Source: a virus (taxonomy: Duplodnaviria > Caudoviricetes). From it: DNA of 64,000 nucleotides. The notes below the pieces were generated by a model that saw only the letters and a list, made by a program, of their open reading frames with translations, made no database searches and was not told the DNA's origin. How positions within the stretch are numbered: position 1 is the stretch's first letter; each line of letters begins with the position of its first letter. Positions 9,823 to 18,961 of the stretch are shown piece after piece. The DNA lies in the IMG/VR virus record IMGVR_UViG_645948442_000001, positions 1 through 64,000 of that record, one strand, 5' to 3'. Position numbers and translations under genes: made by a program.

Positions 9823-10359
9823 TCATTTCGCCCTTGGCTTGGGCTTTGGTTTCGCTGCGGGTTTAGCAGCCTTCGGCGACTTGTGTCGGTACGGCTTGAT
9901 CGAGTGGTTCTGCGGGAATATCTCACGCTCCGTCAGGATGATGAAATCGCCATTGTTGCGCTTGGCGTAGGCCCTGGCGGCTTCCCACTTGGACTGGTTC
10001 ACCAACCATGTCCTCACTCTCTCGGCAAACGCTTGATCCTGCTCCTTGGGGGTCTTGCGGGGCTCAATCGTCTGGTCGTATGGCTTGATCTCGATGTACT
10101 TCTTGGCTGGTTTGCCGTCAGGCCCCCTGACTATGGCAGTGAGGTCAAGGAAATATCTGTGGGCCCGTCCATCAACAGAGCTGATGTAGGGAATCACAGT
10201 TTCCTCAGAATTCCATTTCAGGATGGCATCCTCATCATCCATGAACCTGAAGGCGGCCAATTCGTAGCTTGATCTGTAGGTGATGTTGTTCACATCACCA
10301 TGGTACTTGTCAGGCCGATTGGGCCTGAACTTTCCAGTCAGAAACTTGCCGAACGTCAT
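9823..10359 (-). CDS. gp4: Head completion nuclease gp4 (TnsA-like)
   Basis: GKFRP..PDKYHGD...ITYRSSYE, WNSEETVIPY, HRYFLD, IEIKP..QT, NQSKWEAA, ILTE. Confidence 0.92.
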   Translation of the reverse strand: MTFGKFLTGKFRPNRPDKYHGDVNNITYRSSYELAAFRFMDDEDAILKWNSEETVIPYISSVDGRAHRYFLDLTAIVRGPDGKPAKKYIEIKPYDQTIEPRKTPKEQDQAFAERVRTWLVNQSKWEAARAYAKRNNGDFIILTEREIFPQNHSIKPYRHKSPKAAKPAAKPKPKPRAK

Positions 10360-10739
10360 CAGTGCAGAGTGTCGTTGGCCAGGTGTGACAGGTCATAGAT
10401 GGGTGTCACTTCCTTCAGCGCCTTGTCAATGACATCCGGCTCATCTTCATCAGGGCCGACAACGGAACCCAGACCAGTCAGCATCGCAAACTGAACATGG
10501 CTGGCCAGTTTGTAGAGGGCATCTTCCTTCGCGCACAGCTTCTCTGTCTCGACGTCGTAGGCTTCGCCGTACTCAGTCGAGATGCCGGTGACCACAAAGC
10601 CACCTTTCAGACGCAGCATACAGATGGTGACCCCGCCGAAAGGGCTGTCGAGGCCGGGCTGCACATAGCCCTCATTCTCGACCAGCGATTCCAGTTCCAT
10701 CAGTTGCTCATCGTTCATGTCGTTGTCATTGCCGCTCAT
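10359..10739 (-). CDS. N4 gp49 / Sf6 gp66-like protein
   Basis: VTICMLRLKGGFVVTGIS...YD.E....A.EDA pattern. Confidence 0.65.
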   Translation of the reverse strand: MSGNDNDMNDEQLMELESLVENEGYVQPGLDSPFGGVTICMLRLKGGFVVTGISTEYGEAYDVETEKLCAKEDALYKLASHVQFAMLTGLGSVVGPDEDEPDVIDKALKEVTPIYDLSHLANDTLH

Positions 10740-10748
10740 TGCTTGTCC

Positions 10749-11339
10749 TCACAGGGTTTTCAGAGCCAGGTTCAGAACCTTGGTGCGATCGTCCAGACCA
10801 TTCAGGCCGCCATTCACAGCCCGGGTCACGGCTGCGATGTCTTGCTTTTTGGCGATTGACTTGATGCCTCGGTTATTCCAGAACCAACCAGCAGACTCAA
10901 TCGCCTTGGGCATGGTGGCTACGCTGTCAGGGGTGTTCACGGCACCGAAGTTGGTGTAGTTGGTCTTGCCTGTCAGCTGGATGGCCCCACGCCCACGGTA
11001 CTTCCAGCCATCGCCAGACTTCTCATCGCCATTGCCCATACGACTTGCGTACACTCGGTTGGCAATCTTCTCAGGTTGGCGGTTGTAGGCCTGGGCCTCG
11101 GCCGGGGTCTTGAAATACTTGGGAAACACGACCAGCAGTCTGTCGGCGCTGTAGTTGAGACTTTCAACAAAGAAGCGCAGACCGCCAGACTCATGCACGA
11201 TGTTGGCCAGAAAGGCGCACACCTCCCACTTGTCTGTGATCTGGTACTTGACCAGGGTGCCATTCACCGCATCACAGACATCTTGCCCCAGGGCGCTGTT
11301 ACTGGCTATGGTCCGCAGTTGGGTCAGCGTCAGTTGCAT
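10749..11339 (-). CDS. Glycoside hydrolase family 19 endolysin
   Basis: FLANIVHESGG, ESLNYS, IANRVYASRMGNG, GDGWKYRGRGAIQLTGKTNY, VNGGLNGLDDR. Confidence 0.93.
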   Translation of the reverse strand: MQLTLTQLRTIASNSALGQDVCDAVNGTLVKYQITDKWEVCAFLANIVHESGGLRFFVESLNYSADRLLVVFPKYFKTPAEAQAYNRQPEKIANRVYASRMGNGDEKSGDGWKYRGRGAIQLTGKTNYTNFGAVNTPDSVATMPKAIESAGWFWNNRGIKSIAKKQDIAAVTRAVNGGLNGLDDRTKVLNLALKTL

Positions 11340-11850
11340 TCAATTCTCCCTTGTTCACTGTCTTCCTGATCTCGTTGTAGAAGTCGATCAGCCCATTGTT
11401 ATTTATGCGGCAGGCTTGGTAGAGTTGGTGTTGCTCCCGGAGGATGGCGAGGGCTTCAGCACGGGTAATGCTTCCGGGAAACGTTGATCGAGCGACGCAG
11501 GTATCGACGGCAGGATCACATGCGAGCGCACTGGCGTTGAAGTTGAGCAGCCAGACATCGTCAACGCCAAAAGGCAGGCTAGCAGCAGGGGTTTGAACAT
11601 ACTTGATCACCTCACGGTCTTGGTACTTGATGACGTCCTTGTAGACGGTCTTGACTTTCTCGACTTCCTTCACCACCTCATTCGTCACGTAGACGATCTC
11701 ACGCTCGGTCTTGACTGTCTCGGTCACAGCCGCAACCTGGGCTCGGGAGGCCTCTAGGGCCACTCGGGAGGCTTTCAGATTCCAACCTGCGCCTATCCCC
11801 AGCAAACCGATCAGGATGGCGAGAGCCACCGTTCTGATAATGTCACTCAT
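11299..11850 (-). CDS. i-spanin (Rz-like)
   Basis: N-terminal TM segment, coiled periplasmic region, adjacent to the endolysin, contains an embedded lipoprotein ORF. Confidence 0.8.
   Translation of the reverse strand: MSDIIRTVALAILIGLLGIGAGWNLKASRVALEASRAQVAAVTETVKTEREIVYVTNEVVKEVEKVKTVYKDVIKYQDREVIKYVQTPAASLPFGVDDVWLLNFNASALACDPAVDTCVARSTFPGSITRAEALAILREQHQLYQACRINNNGLIDFYNEIRKTVNKGELNATDADPTADHSQ
11403..11600 (-). CDS. o-spanin (Rz1-like lipoprotein) embedded in the i-spanin gene in another frame
   Basis: MFKPLLLACLLALTMSG-C lipobox; Pro-rich mature part; GAGGTG SD upstream. Confidence 0.8.
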   Translation of the reverse strand: MFKPLLLACLLALTMSGCSTSTPVRSHVILPSIPASLDQRFPEALPVLKPSPSSGSNTNSTKPAA

Positions 11851-12797
11851 CTTCCCTCCAGCGAATAGATCATGTCATCGACGTAGTTGATCAGGTTGTC
11901 CACATCGGGGTTGGGGGTGAAGTTCACTCCAACGTCAGCCCCCATGCTCCTGAGCATCTTGCTCCCCAGATTGGGGTCCAGGGTTCCATCCTCGATGCGC
12001 ACCTTCACCCGCTCAATCGAGGTGTACACATCCATGAGATACAGGGGCCTCGTCTGGTTTCGAGGGGGCGCGGGCAGTGCCAGCTGAGGGTACTCAGTCA
12101 CCCGGTTGGGTGCCCTGGCGAGGCCGTCTGCTGTGATCTGGAGGCCATCCGTTCGGGGCGCATACTCGCCGCTGAACTTGGGCGGCTGGACGTTGCGCTT
12201 CTCACCATAGTCCTCATCCGTGTTGAATAGCTTGCGGTATGTGAATGACACGGAAATGGTGGCGAAAGCATCCCTTTCATCCCGATTCAGTGTCATCTCG
12301 GTCACTGTCAGCGGATATGCCTCAGACATGCTTGTCTCGTATGTGACGTTGTCGTTCTGATCGGTCGTCATCACCTTGATGGTGCCGATGTACGAGTCGT
12401 AGAACCCCAGAGAATGATCAGACCCCACCACCACCTTACGCCATGCGTCGAAAATCTTCTTCTCGAACATCTCACCAGTGCACCTGAACACTGCTGTGAA
12501 TTCGCCGTAGTTGACCCCATTGGCGATCTTGCGGGTGTGTCCCACCTTCATGTCAGTGGTGGACACATTGTAGCCGGGCACCATGATGTTGGTGGCCATC
12601 AGGCTGAGCACCTTCTCCTGAGAGTTGCCGATGGCCAGCAGTTTCGTGCTCTGGGTGCCTGTCTCGGCAAACTCGATCACCTGCTTGTCCAGCATGTCCG
12701 TGACAGCCTGTGGGATGGTGATCAGAATCTGGTAGCGGTTGGTGCGTTGCAGGCCATGCTTTCGAACCAAGCCGAAGAAGTCATTCATGGACAGCAT
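11847..12797 (-). CDS. gp54: Baseplate tail-tube initiator gp54-like (gp19 paralogue)
   Basis: GLQRTNRY, FDAW, FYDSY, EAYPLTV, VSFTYR; divergent from gp2 as in ViI-like phages. Confidence 0.75.
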   Translation of the reverse strand: MLSMNDFFGLVRKHGLQRTNRYQILITIPQAVTDMLDKQVIEFAETGTQSTKLLAIGNSQEKVLSLMATNIMVPGYNVSTTDMKVGHTRKIANGVNYGEFTAVFRCTGEMFEKKIFDAWRKVVVGSDHSLGFYDSYIGTIKVMTTDQNDNVTYETSMSEAYPLTVTEMTLNRDERDAFATISVSFTYRKLFNTDEDYGEKRNVQPPKFSGEYAPRTDGLQITADGLARAPNRVTEYPQLALPAPPRNQTRPLYLMDVYTSIERVKVRIEDGTLDPNLGSKMLRSMGADVGVNFTPNPDVDNLINYVDDMIYSLEGR

Positions 12798-12807
12798 CGC
12801 CCACCTC

Positions 12808-12839
12808 CTCCATAAATAATCAGTGATGTACTTATGGAG
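12808..12839. promoter_or_regulatory. Pair of overlapping opposed late promoters
   Basis: ATAAATA (+, 12812-12818) and ATAAGTA (-, 12829-12835) within the inverted repeat CTCCATAAATA..TACTTATGGAG. Confidence 0.7.
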
Positions 12840-12847
12840 GACAGGTC

Positions 12848-13519
12848 ATGGCTGACCAACCAAGCAGAATACCAGAACGCCCTGAACTAGTCGACCGCTA
12901 CTGGCAGAAGTTCATTGATGCAAACGGCACCCAGGCGGACCGCCACAGCTTCGAAGCACTGCAGTGGTTCCAGCGGCGTGTGTCCAAGGACATGAAGGTC
13001 CAGGCCAAGAGCATCATCAAGGCCCAGACCATGTACAAGCGGGCCACTCGGGCCCAGCGGAACTTCATCGGGAAGATGTTTCTGTTCGAGTATGAGGCCC
13101 AGGAGGCGGGTCACGCCGAGACAGGGATGTATGACCGATTCCCCATGGTCTTCTTCTTCAATGTGGTCCAGACCCAGCAAGGTCACACTCTGCTGTATGG
13201 TCTGAACATACACTACCTGACCCCCAAAGAACGCATGCTGTTCTTCAGGGCGCTCATGAAGTTGAAAGTCACCAAGAAGTGGACACCCGACGCAAAGCTC
13301 AGGCTGACTTGGGAACTGATCAAACAGGTGGCCAACACCAAAATGGCCGAGAAAGCCGTCCACGCCTACCGGGTTGACCGGCTAAAGTCATGGTTCACCC
13401 AAATCCCATCCGAGGACTGGCAAATCGCTGCCTTTCTGCGGGTCGAGCGTTGGGTTGCCGCCCCGAACAGGGAGAGCCTGTCTCTGTCTGATGCTCGCCG
13501 TATGGTGACGAGAAACTGA
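12848..13519 (+). CDS. gp2: DNA end protector protein gp2
   Basis: GKMFLFEY.A, YDRFPMVF, GLNIHYL.PKER, VHAYRVD. Confidence 0.9.
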   Translation: MADQPSRIPERPELVDRYWQKFIDANGTQADRHSFEALQWFQRRVSKDMKVQAKSIIKAQTMYKRATRAQRNFIGKMFLFEYEAQEAGHAETGMYDRFPMVFFFNVVQTQQGHTLLYGLNIHYLTPKERMLFFRALMKLKVTKKWTPDAKLRLTWELIKQVANTKMAEKAVHAYRVDRLKSWFTQIPSEDWQIAAFLRVERWVAAPNRESLSLSDARRMVTRN

Positions 13520-13550
13520 AAAGGGAGCCCAAGCGGGCTCCCTTTTGTTT
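13519..13550. terminator. Bidirectional terminator
   Basis: AAAAGGGAGCCC-aagc-GGGCTCCCTTTT between convergent genes. Confidence 0.85.
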
Positions 13551-13566
13551 GTGTGCTGTTCGATGC

Positions 13567-14079
13567 TCAGTCGAACGTTTTGAGGAGCGGGATGAGTTTG
13601 GCGATGGCGGTTTCCATGAACCACTGCACCTCTTCGTCCGGGACAGAGAACATGACCATCTGGCCGTAGCCGTTGCCATATTCTTGCTCGTACATCTTGT
13701 ACCGATCGAAGAACATCAGAGAGATGACCTTCTTGAATTGCTCGAGATTGTCATCGCCGATGGCGGTTGGGACCTTGAAGCGGAAGGTGACCTTGGGGGC
13801 TGTTGTGCTGATCGCCGTGTAGAAGCGCGTCGCGCAGCCACGGAAATCGATGTTGATCTGCGAAACATTGAGGAACGCAGTGGGTGAACCGAAATCACAG
13901 CCCATGGTCGCCCGGATGCCGCTGGCGTCCTCGATGATCATAGCCTGCACCTTGGGGATGTCCAGCACTCGGCTGGCTTTCCATTCATCCCTGTCTTGTT
14001 GCCTCTTGGACCGCCAACCTGCACCCTGTGCATTGCGGGCATGATATTTTGCGAATGCTGTGTAATCAGCAAATGACAT
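13567..14079 (-). CDS. Hypothetical protein (MSFADYTAF...)
   Basis: Phage-like codon usage; start overlaps the end of the upstream ORF. Confidence 0.7.
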   Translation of the reverse strand: MSFADYTAFAKYHARNAQGAGWRSKRQQDRDEWKASRVLDIPKVQAMIIEDASGIRATMGCDFGSPTAFLNVSQINIDFRGCATRFYTAISTTAPKVTFRFKVPTAIGDDNLEQFKKVISLMFFDRYKMYEQEYGNGYGQMVMFSVPDEEVQWFMETAIAKLIPLLKTFD

Positions 14080-14272
14080 CGACGTGTGCTCCCAGTGCCT
14101 TGCGCAATTGCTCGGCATCCTTGTTGAAAGGGGTCAGTCGTTCGACGCGAGCCGGGGGCTTCACAGCCCGTTCCGGTATCACAGGCATGGGCGTCAGACG
14201 GCCCACCTTGTTGCTGGGGTGAAGGAGCCACTTGGTCCCCATGATTGCGATGATGCGTTGAAAACTGGTCAT
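14066..14272 (-). CDS. Hypothetical 68-aa protein
   Basis: SD AGGAG and a GGCTATAAT promoter at 14302-14310. Confidence 0.7.
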   Translation of the reverse strand: MTSFQRIIAIMGTKWLLHPSNKVGRLTPMPVIPERAVKPPARVERLTPFNKDAEQLRKALGAHVDVIC

Positions 14273-14328
14273 ATTGAACTCCTGTAATTGGCGTATGGCC
14301 TATTATAGCCCGGTTTTGCCCAAAGCAG

Positions 14329-14354
14329 AAAATCCCCTCCGGTTGGAGGGGATT
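14329..14354 (-). terminator. Terminator
   Basis: AATCCCCTCC-ggtt-GGAGGGGATT with an A run. Confidence 0.75.
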
Positions 14355-14358
14355 CAGA

Positions 14359-14868
14359 TCATTTGATCATCTTGATGCCGAAAGAGATGTCGAACTTGTT
14401 GTCGCTCAGATGCTTCACCGAACTGAACACCTCAATGCCATGATAGTTCAAGTGAGCCTTCGGGTCGAGTTCCGGGTGACGGAACTTCATGCCATCCACA
14501 TAATACTTCCAAACGGCAGCATTGATGGGCACCTTGAAACTGAAGTTGAGGTCAGACTGGTTGCGGTACGGGGCATTGTATGGCGCCCCATACTCTTGCC
14601 GCAGGTACTCCAGCACAGCGATCAGCTTGTTGAAGTCTTGGCCACCTCCGCCGACATCCATGGCCAGAGTGCCCTCCATCTTTGCGATGTTAGCATTGGC
14701 TGTGCTCTTCAGCCCGGTCAGTTTGGACTTCGCATACTTCACAATGCTGTTGTCCCAGTTCGCGACAGCGCCCTTGGCGTTCAGATCGTGGAGGGGAGCA
14801 CTGATGCCCTCATTCAATGGCTTTTGCGAGTTGTAGGTTTCGATCACAGATTCGATCAATGGGGTCAT
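14359..14868 (-). CDS. Late-expressed hypothetical protein, possible internal head protein
   Basis: Late box CTAAGTA at 14891-14897, SD GGAGG, N-terminal LIE/LNE motifs resembling gp21 cleavage sites. Confidence 0.65.
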   Translation of the reverse strand: MTPLIESVIETYNSQKPLNEGISAPLHDLNAKGAVANWDNSIVKYAKSKLTGLKSTANANIAKMEGTLAMDVGGGGQDFNKLIAVLEYLRQEYGAPYNAPYRNQSDLNFSFKVPINAAVWKYYVDGMKFRHPELDPKAHLNYHGIEVFSSVKHLSDNKFDISFGIKMIK

Positions 14869-14893
14869 TTTACCTCCGTTGTAGACTATCTAC

Positions 14894-15499
14894 TTAGTTG
14901 ATCAACTGCTCCACTTCCACCCAATTGTCGGCAAGGAACAGCTTCGGGTGGCCTTCCTCGATGTCTCCTCGGTATCCATGTCCATTGAACTGGTTCATCA
15001 GGATGTGGACCGATTCGGGGCGCCGAGACAGCCCGTGCTTGATCGAGACGTTGCTGTCGTCGATCAACACATCGTAGTCCACGAAGCACTTCACGTTGGA
15101 GTCGGCCGCTATGAAGGCATGCTCTGTGCCACCAAACAGTCGCTCCAGCATCCTGCGTTTGGACGCCGTGTGCTCAGGGAAGCAGTGGGACACGAATACA
15201 ATGTCTTTGTCGCTCATCCACCATTTGTGTATCAAGCTAGGCAGCATGGGGTCCAACGGCACCATCGAGTCGTACAACGAAGGCTGCTGCCAGTACTTGT
15301 ACATGCTGATAGGCAGATGATGTTGCTTGGCCCACTCGATCATCTCATGACCCACATCAAAGCAGGGGCCGGACTTGAGTTGGAAACGCTCTTGGATGCC
15401 CGCCTTGTGGGCCTCGCTGTTGAGCCATTCGATCCATGGGGTGAGGGAGTCGACCACAGTCAGGTCAACGTCAATCGCAATCGTTTGCTTACGCTTCAT
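14894..15499 (-). CDS. HAD-family 5'(3')-deoxyribonucleotidase
   Basis: IAIDVDLTVVD motif I, FVSH, DVLIDD motif IV, NW near the C-terminus. Confidence 0.8.
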   Translation of the reverse strand: MKRKQTIAIDVDLTVVDSLTPWIEWLNSEAHKAGIQERFQLKSGPCFDVGHEMIEWAKQHHLPISMYKYWQQPSLYDSMVPLDPMLPSLIHKWWMSDKDIVFVSHCFPEHTASKRRMLERLFGGTEHAFIAADSNVKCFVDYDVLIDDSNVSIKHGLSRRPESVHILMNQFNGHGYRGDIEEGHPKLFLADNWVEVEQLIN

Positions 15500-15554
15500 G
15501 TGTGAATATCCTGGTAAAACAAAGAGGAGGCGGGTTGCCCCGCCTCCTCATTCA

Positions 15555-16625
15555 TCAACCGCCGTTTTGCAATTGACGCAGGCGCGCCAACACGGGGTCT
15601 TCCTCGCCGACCGGCTGAGCCTGGGCAGCAGGGGCTGCGGCCGGGGCAGGGGCTGCCTGAGCTTGAGCTTGCATCTGACCCAGGTGGGCCGGGGCTTGTT
15701 GAGCCGGGGCCGATTGGGCTTGAGGTGCAGGCGCCGAGCCGTAGTCACCGACGCTGCGACCGACTGCCGAGGAACCACCGACGATGTCGTTCAGGTTCTC
15801 GTCCAGCTGCATCACCTTCATCAGCTTCTCCTTGGAAGCCTCATACGTCAGGAACTTGTCTGCCTGCAGGAACTCCTGGAGGGAGTGCTGCTGTTCCCAG
15901 ATGCCGGCGATGAACTCATCGTCTCCCATCGGGGCCGGGGCAGCCCAACGCACTTGCTCCCACTTGGGCACAAACGCTTTGCGTTGGCCGAAGGCACGTT
16001 CCTCGAAGGACAGGTCCAGGTGTAGGTTCGCGCCAGTCCATGGGTCGAACGGGTCGAACTTGGGCTGGTTGGGGAACTTGGGGTTCTCCGCCAGGTCCAG
16101 GAACTTGCGAACGGCCTCGCCGAACTTGAACAGAAACACCTTGCCGTTGTTCTCGGGCACTTGCATGTCCGAAATCACCAGAATGCCTGCGTAGTACTCG
16201 GTGTCGGGGATGAACCGCTTGAGGTACTCGCGCTGAGCCTTCACGGTCGGCTCTTCCTTGTCCTTGCCCTTCAGGGCGCCCCACTTGGGGCCAGTCCACT
16301 CACGCACGGGGCAGTTTTCGCCGAAGGTCGCACGGGTGTAGCCCACAAACCAGCCGTTTTTGCCTTCAAAGCGGAGGCGCAGCAGCTTGATCATCGGCGA
16401 CAGGTCTTCTTCCTTCACCTTGCCGTCGGCCACCGACTGGTAGTCGACCTTCGGGATGGACAGGAATCGGATCACCGAGGACGAAATGTTGGACTTCTCG
16501 TCGCGGGTGTACTTCCAAATGCGGGGATCTTCCTTGAAACCGCCGCCTTCGGTCTTGCTCATGGCGCGCTTGAGAGCATCGCCTTGGGTACCACGGGCTG
16601 CGCGCAGGGTGCTGAAATCAACCAT
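15555..16625 (-). CDS. gp32: Single-stranded DNA-binding protein gp32
   Basis: DPRIWK, VIRFL, CPV, PENNGKVFLFKFG, PFDPWTGANL; Ala/Pro linker and tail. Confidence 0.93.
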   Translation of the reverse strand: MVDFSTLRAARGTQGDALKRAMSKTEGGGFKEDPRIWKYTRDEKSNISSSVIRFLSIPKVDYQSVADGKVKEEDLSPMIKLLRLRFEGKNGWFVGYTRATFGENCPVREWTGPKWGALKGKDKEEPTVKAQREYLKRFIPDTEYYAGILVISDMQVPENNGKVFLFKFGEAVRKFLDLAENPKFPNQPKFDPFDPWTGANLHLDLSFEERAFGQRKAFVPKWEQVRWAAPAPMGDDEFIAGIWEQQHSLQEFLQADKFLTYEASKEKLMKVMQLDENLNDIVGGSSAVGRSVGDYGSAPAPQAQSAPAQQAPAHLGQMQAQAQAAPAPAAAPAAQAQPVGEEDPVLARLRQLQNGG

Positions 16626-16709
16626 TGTATCAATCTTCCATAGTCTTAAATGCCGTTCGCCGTAGCTGGTTCGGCTCATACCTCCTGGTTTGTTGAGAGT
16701 GAATGGGTT

Positions 16710-16727
16710 ATTATACCCTGTATTTAG
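16710..16727 (-). promoter_or_regulatory. Tandem late (CTAAATA) and TATAAT promoters for gp32
   Basis: Minus strand reads CCTAAATACAGGGTATAATAA. Confidence 0.65.
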
Positions 16728-16978
16728 GTGGCCGCAAAACCACCCAGGGAAGTCGTGTTGTTACGGGCCTTGAGCAGCCTGCGATTCAGGGCCTCTGCTT
16801 CCATCTTGCCCACCAGAGTCTTGGAAATCAGGTGAACTGCATCCTCCGGTTCCATATCCATCTCTTCGAGCACATGGGACACAGCGCTGATGTAGTTGTC
16901 TTCGATGCCCGACTCCACGATCTCCTCCACACGCAAGGCGAAGGAAATCTGGTCATGGGTCTTGAACTCTGTGGTCAT
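16724..16978 (-). CDS. gp33: Late-transcription coactivator gp33
   Basis: F...VEEIV....YISAV....EE...E......LISKTL..KMEAEA..R.LLK; lies upstream of gp32. Confidence 0.85.
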   Translation of the reverse strand: MTTEFKTHDQISFALRVEEIVESGIEDNYISAVSHVLEEMDMEPEDAVHLISKTLVGKMEAEALNRRLLKARNNTTSLGGFAAT

Positions 16979-17223
16979 ACGTCGATGGTATTCCGGGGGT
17001 TGTGGTCTTTGATGCGCTTGATGATGCTTTTGAAGCCATCAGGCAGGACAAAGTTGGTCTTGCCATCGCTATACGACATGGATCCACCTGATGGGCGGAT
17101 GTTGTATTTGGATTCGCCGCAGTTTTCGCAGTCGAGCTGTTCAAGCTCTTTGCGTTTTGCGATGGAAGACACCTTGTCCACTGTGTGGTTGCATTTCTCG
17201 CAACCGAGGACATATACAGGCAT
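16975..17223 (-). CDS. FmdB-family zinc-ribbon protein
   Basis: MPVYVLGCEKC...CENCG, then PDGFKSII.RIK. Confidence 0.85.
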   Translation of the reverse strand: MPVYVLGCEKCNHTVDKVSSIAKRKELEQLDCENCGESKYNIRPSGGSMSYSDGKTNFVLPDGFKSIIKRIKDHNPRNTIDV

Positions 17224-17266
17224 TCGGTCTTCCAGTGTATCAGAGGAACCTATTATAGCCTACAAA

Positions 17267-17725
17267 TCACCTGAAAAAGTGATGGGGGCCAATGATTTTT
17301 TGCCGCTTGAGCTTACCTGTCCAAGCCAGGTTTGCGGCGATTGCCGGATTCAAGAAGTACAGTGACCCCTTGGTGTTATCCAACAGCCTTCCAGAAAGGG
17401 CCTCCAATGCCACCTCAGCTGACTCAGCAATGTTGTCACCCTGCTGTTTGGTGACGAACTTGTTCTTGCCGGGCCGCTGAAAGGAGAATTGCCCCTTTTG
17501 GTAAGTGATTGAGCAGATGTCCCCAGGGAATTTAGAGGATCGCCATCGATTCATGATGACGTTGGCGACTGCCTGTTTCTCGTGCTTCGGGCGGTCTGCG
17601 GTCTCAAAGAACACAGCCTCCGTCATACACGACAACTCCCTGGTCGAGAAATCCTCAGATGGGGGGTGTCCCAAGTTGAGGATGGCCGCGATGGCGGCCG
17701 ATACGATGGCGCTTGAAATTCCCAT
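17267..17725 (-). CDS. SleB-like cell wall hydrolase (Hydrolase_2)
   Basis: CMTEAVFFET, AVANVIMNR, FPGDIC, QFSF, TKGSLYFLNP, IGPHHFF; N-terminal hydrophobic segment. Confidence 0.9.
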   Translation of the reverse strand: MGISSAIVSAAIAAILNLGHPPSEDFSTRELSCMTEAVFFETADRPKHEKQAVANVIMNRWRSSKFPGDICSITYQKGQFSFQRPGKNKFVTKQQGDNIAESAEVALEALSGRLLDNTKGSLYFLNPAIAANLAWTGKLKRQKIIGPHHFFR

Positions 17726-17779
17726 CCACGTTCACTCCTATGTTATGTGACCACATAGTTTAAACGCTCCAGCAGCTGC

Positions 17780-18322
17780 TCAGCCAAATGCCCTGGTAGA
17801 GAACAGGGGAATGATGTTGCTTGGCAGCTCGTAATCACCTCGGATCACTCGTTGGATCACCTTGACTTCCTCCGTCCAGGTCTCCTCCAACTGACGAACC
17901 AACTGGCTACGCTTGTTGTCCGTAGCGTTGGCGAATCCACTGGGATCATATATGTGCTCCCAGAACTCCATACTGGGGGTTGAACCCCAGCGATGCTCAT
18001 TGGGACGGCGGACTATCAAGCCCTCGTAGCCCTTCAAGTGAGCACCCTTGGTAGAGATGTACTTGTGGAAGTTGGCGAACCCAGGGCTGGAGGCCAGGGC
18101 TCGCTGCATGCGCTCAACGCGCAGTGCCAGGTTTTCAGGTGCAGCAACCCAATCGATGATCTCACCGATGCTCTCATATCCATCGAACACCATCTTGTCT
18201 TGTTCTGGCGTCATACCGCTCCTGCTTTTCAATCTTGTGTACAGCGCGTCGAAGCGCCTCTTGTAGCTCTTGCTGTCAATAGTCAGCAGAGCGACCACGA
18301 ATCCAACAAATGCCCATCTCAT
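17780..18322 (-). CDS. Hypothetical protein with N-terminal hydrophobic segment
   Basis: ATGA overlap with the upstream gene. Confidence 0.7.
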   Translation of the reverse strand: MRWAFVGFVVALLTIDSKSYKRRFDALYTRLKSRSGMTPEQDKMVFDGYESIGEIIDWVAAPENLALRVERMQRALASSPGFANFHKYISTKGAHLKGYEGLIVRRPNEHRWGSTPSMEFWEHIYDPSGFANATDNKRSQLVRQLEETWTEEVKVIQRVIRGDYELPSNIIPLFSTRAFG

Positions 18323-18885
18323 TGCAGCCCCGTCAAAAGGTTGGCGTGTGAGTCAGCTATGTCATTCTCTGGGGCATCCCCCCGCTTGCACCCACACTCG
18401 TCACTCACACGAACACCGAGCAGGGCCTCGAAACGGTCGCACATCATGGGCTTCTTCGCTGCCCCATTGCCTGTGTAGAACTTCTTCACTTGACTAGGAG
18501 TCGGGGTCTCGAACTTGATCCCAGCCTGCCACATCTTCAACTTCAGCAGCGCTGTGTTCTCGGCGATGTTGAACACCAGTCCAGTAGTTGACCCGAGGGC
18601 GTACCCTTCCAGATAGACCTGTTCCACCCCGTGTTGCTTCAGCTTGGACATCGCCCAGTCAGACAGTATCGTGTACCGCTCCATCGTGTGGGCCCAACCC
18701 TTCGGGGCCGGTTCGATGTGTATCCGCCCCTTACACCAAACTCCTTGGTTCCGCTTGACATCGTGCAAGCAATAGAATGTGTACGAGTTGATGTCATCCC
18801 TGGGCAGCGTCGTGTCGTATATGCAGATGGCCGGGGACGACATCGAATAATCAATGCCAGCAACAATCATTGGTAACTCCTTCAA
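18319..18885 (-). CDS. RuvC-like Holliday junction resolvase
   Basis: AGIDYSMSSPAICI, LEGYA, IAEN.ALLK, PSQVKKFYTGNGAAKK, DIADS. Confidence 0.88.
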   Translation of the reverse strand: MKELPMIVAGIDYSMSSPAICIYDTTLPRDDINSYTFYCLHDVKRNQGVWCKGRIHIEPAPKGWAHTMERYTILSDWAMSKLKQHGVEQVYLEGYALGSTTGLVFNIAENTALLKLKMWQAGIKFETPTPSQVKKFYTGNGAAKKPMMCDRFEALLGVRVSDECGCKRGDAPENDIADSHANLLTGLQ

Positions 18886-18961
18886 GGGTACTTACCAACG
18901 GAGGTTGAGGCAAAAGAAAGCCCCTCACGGGGAGGGGCTCTACTGCCGGGGAGGCGGTTGG

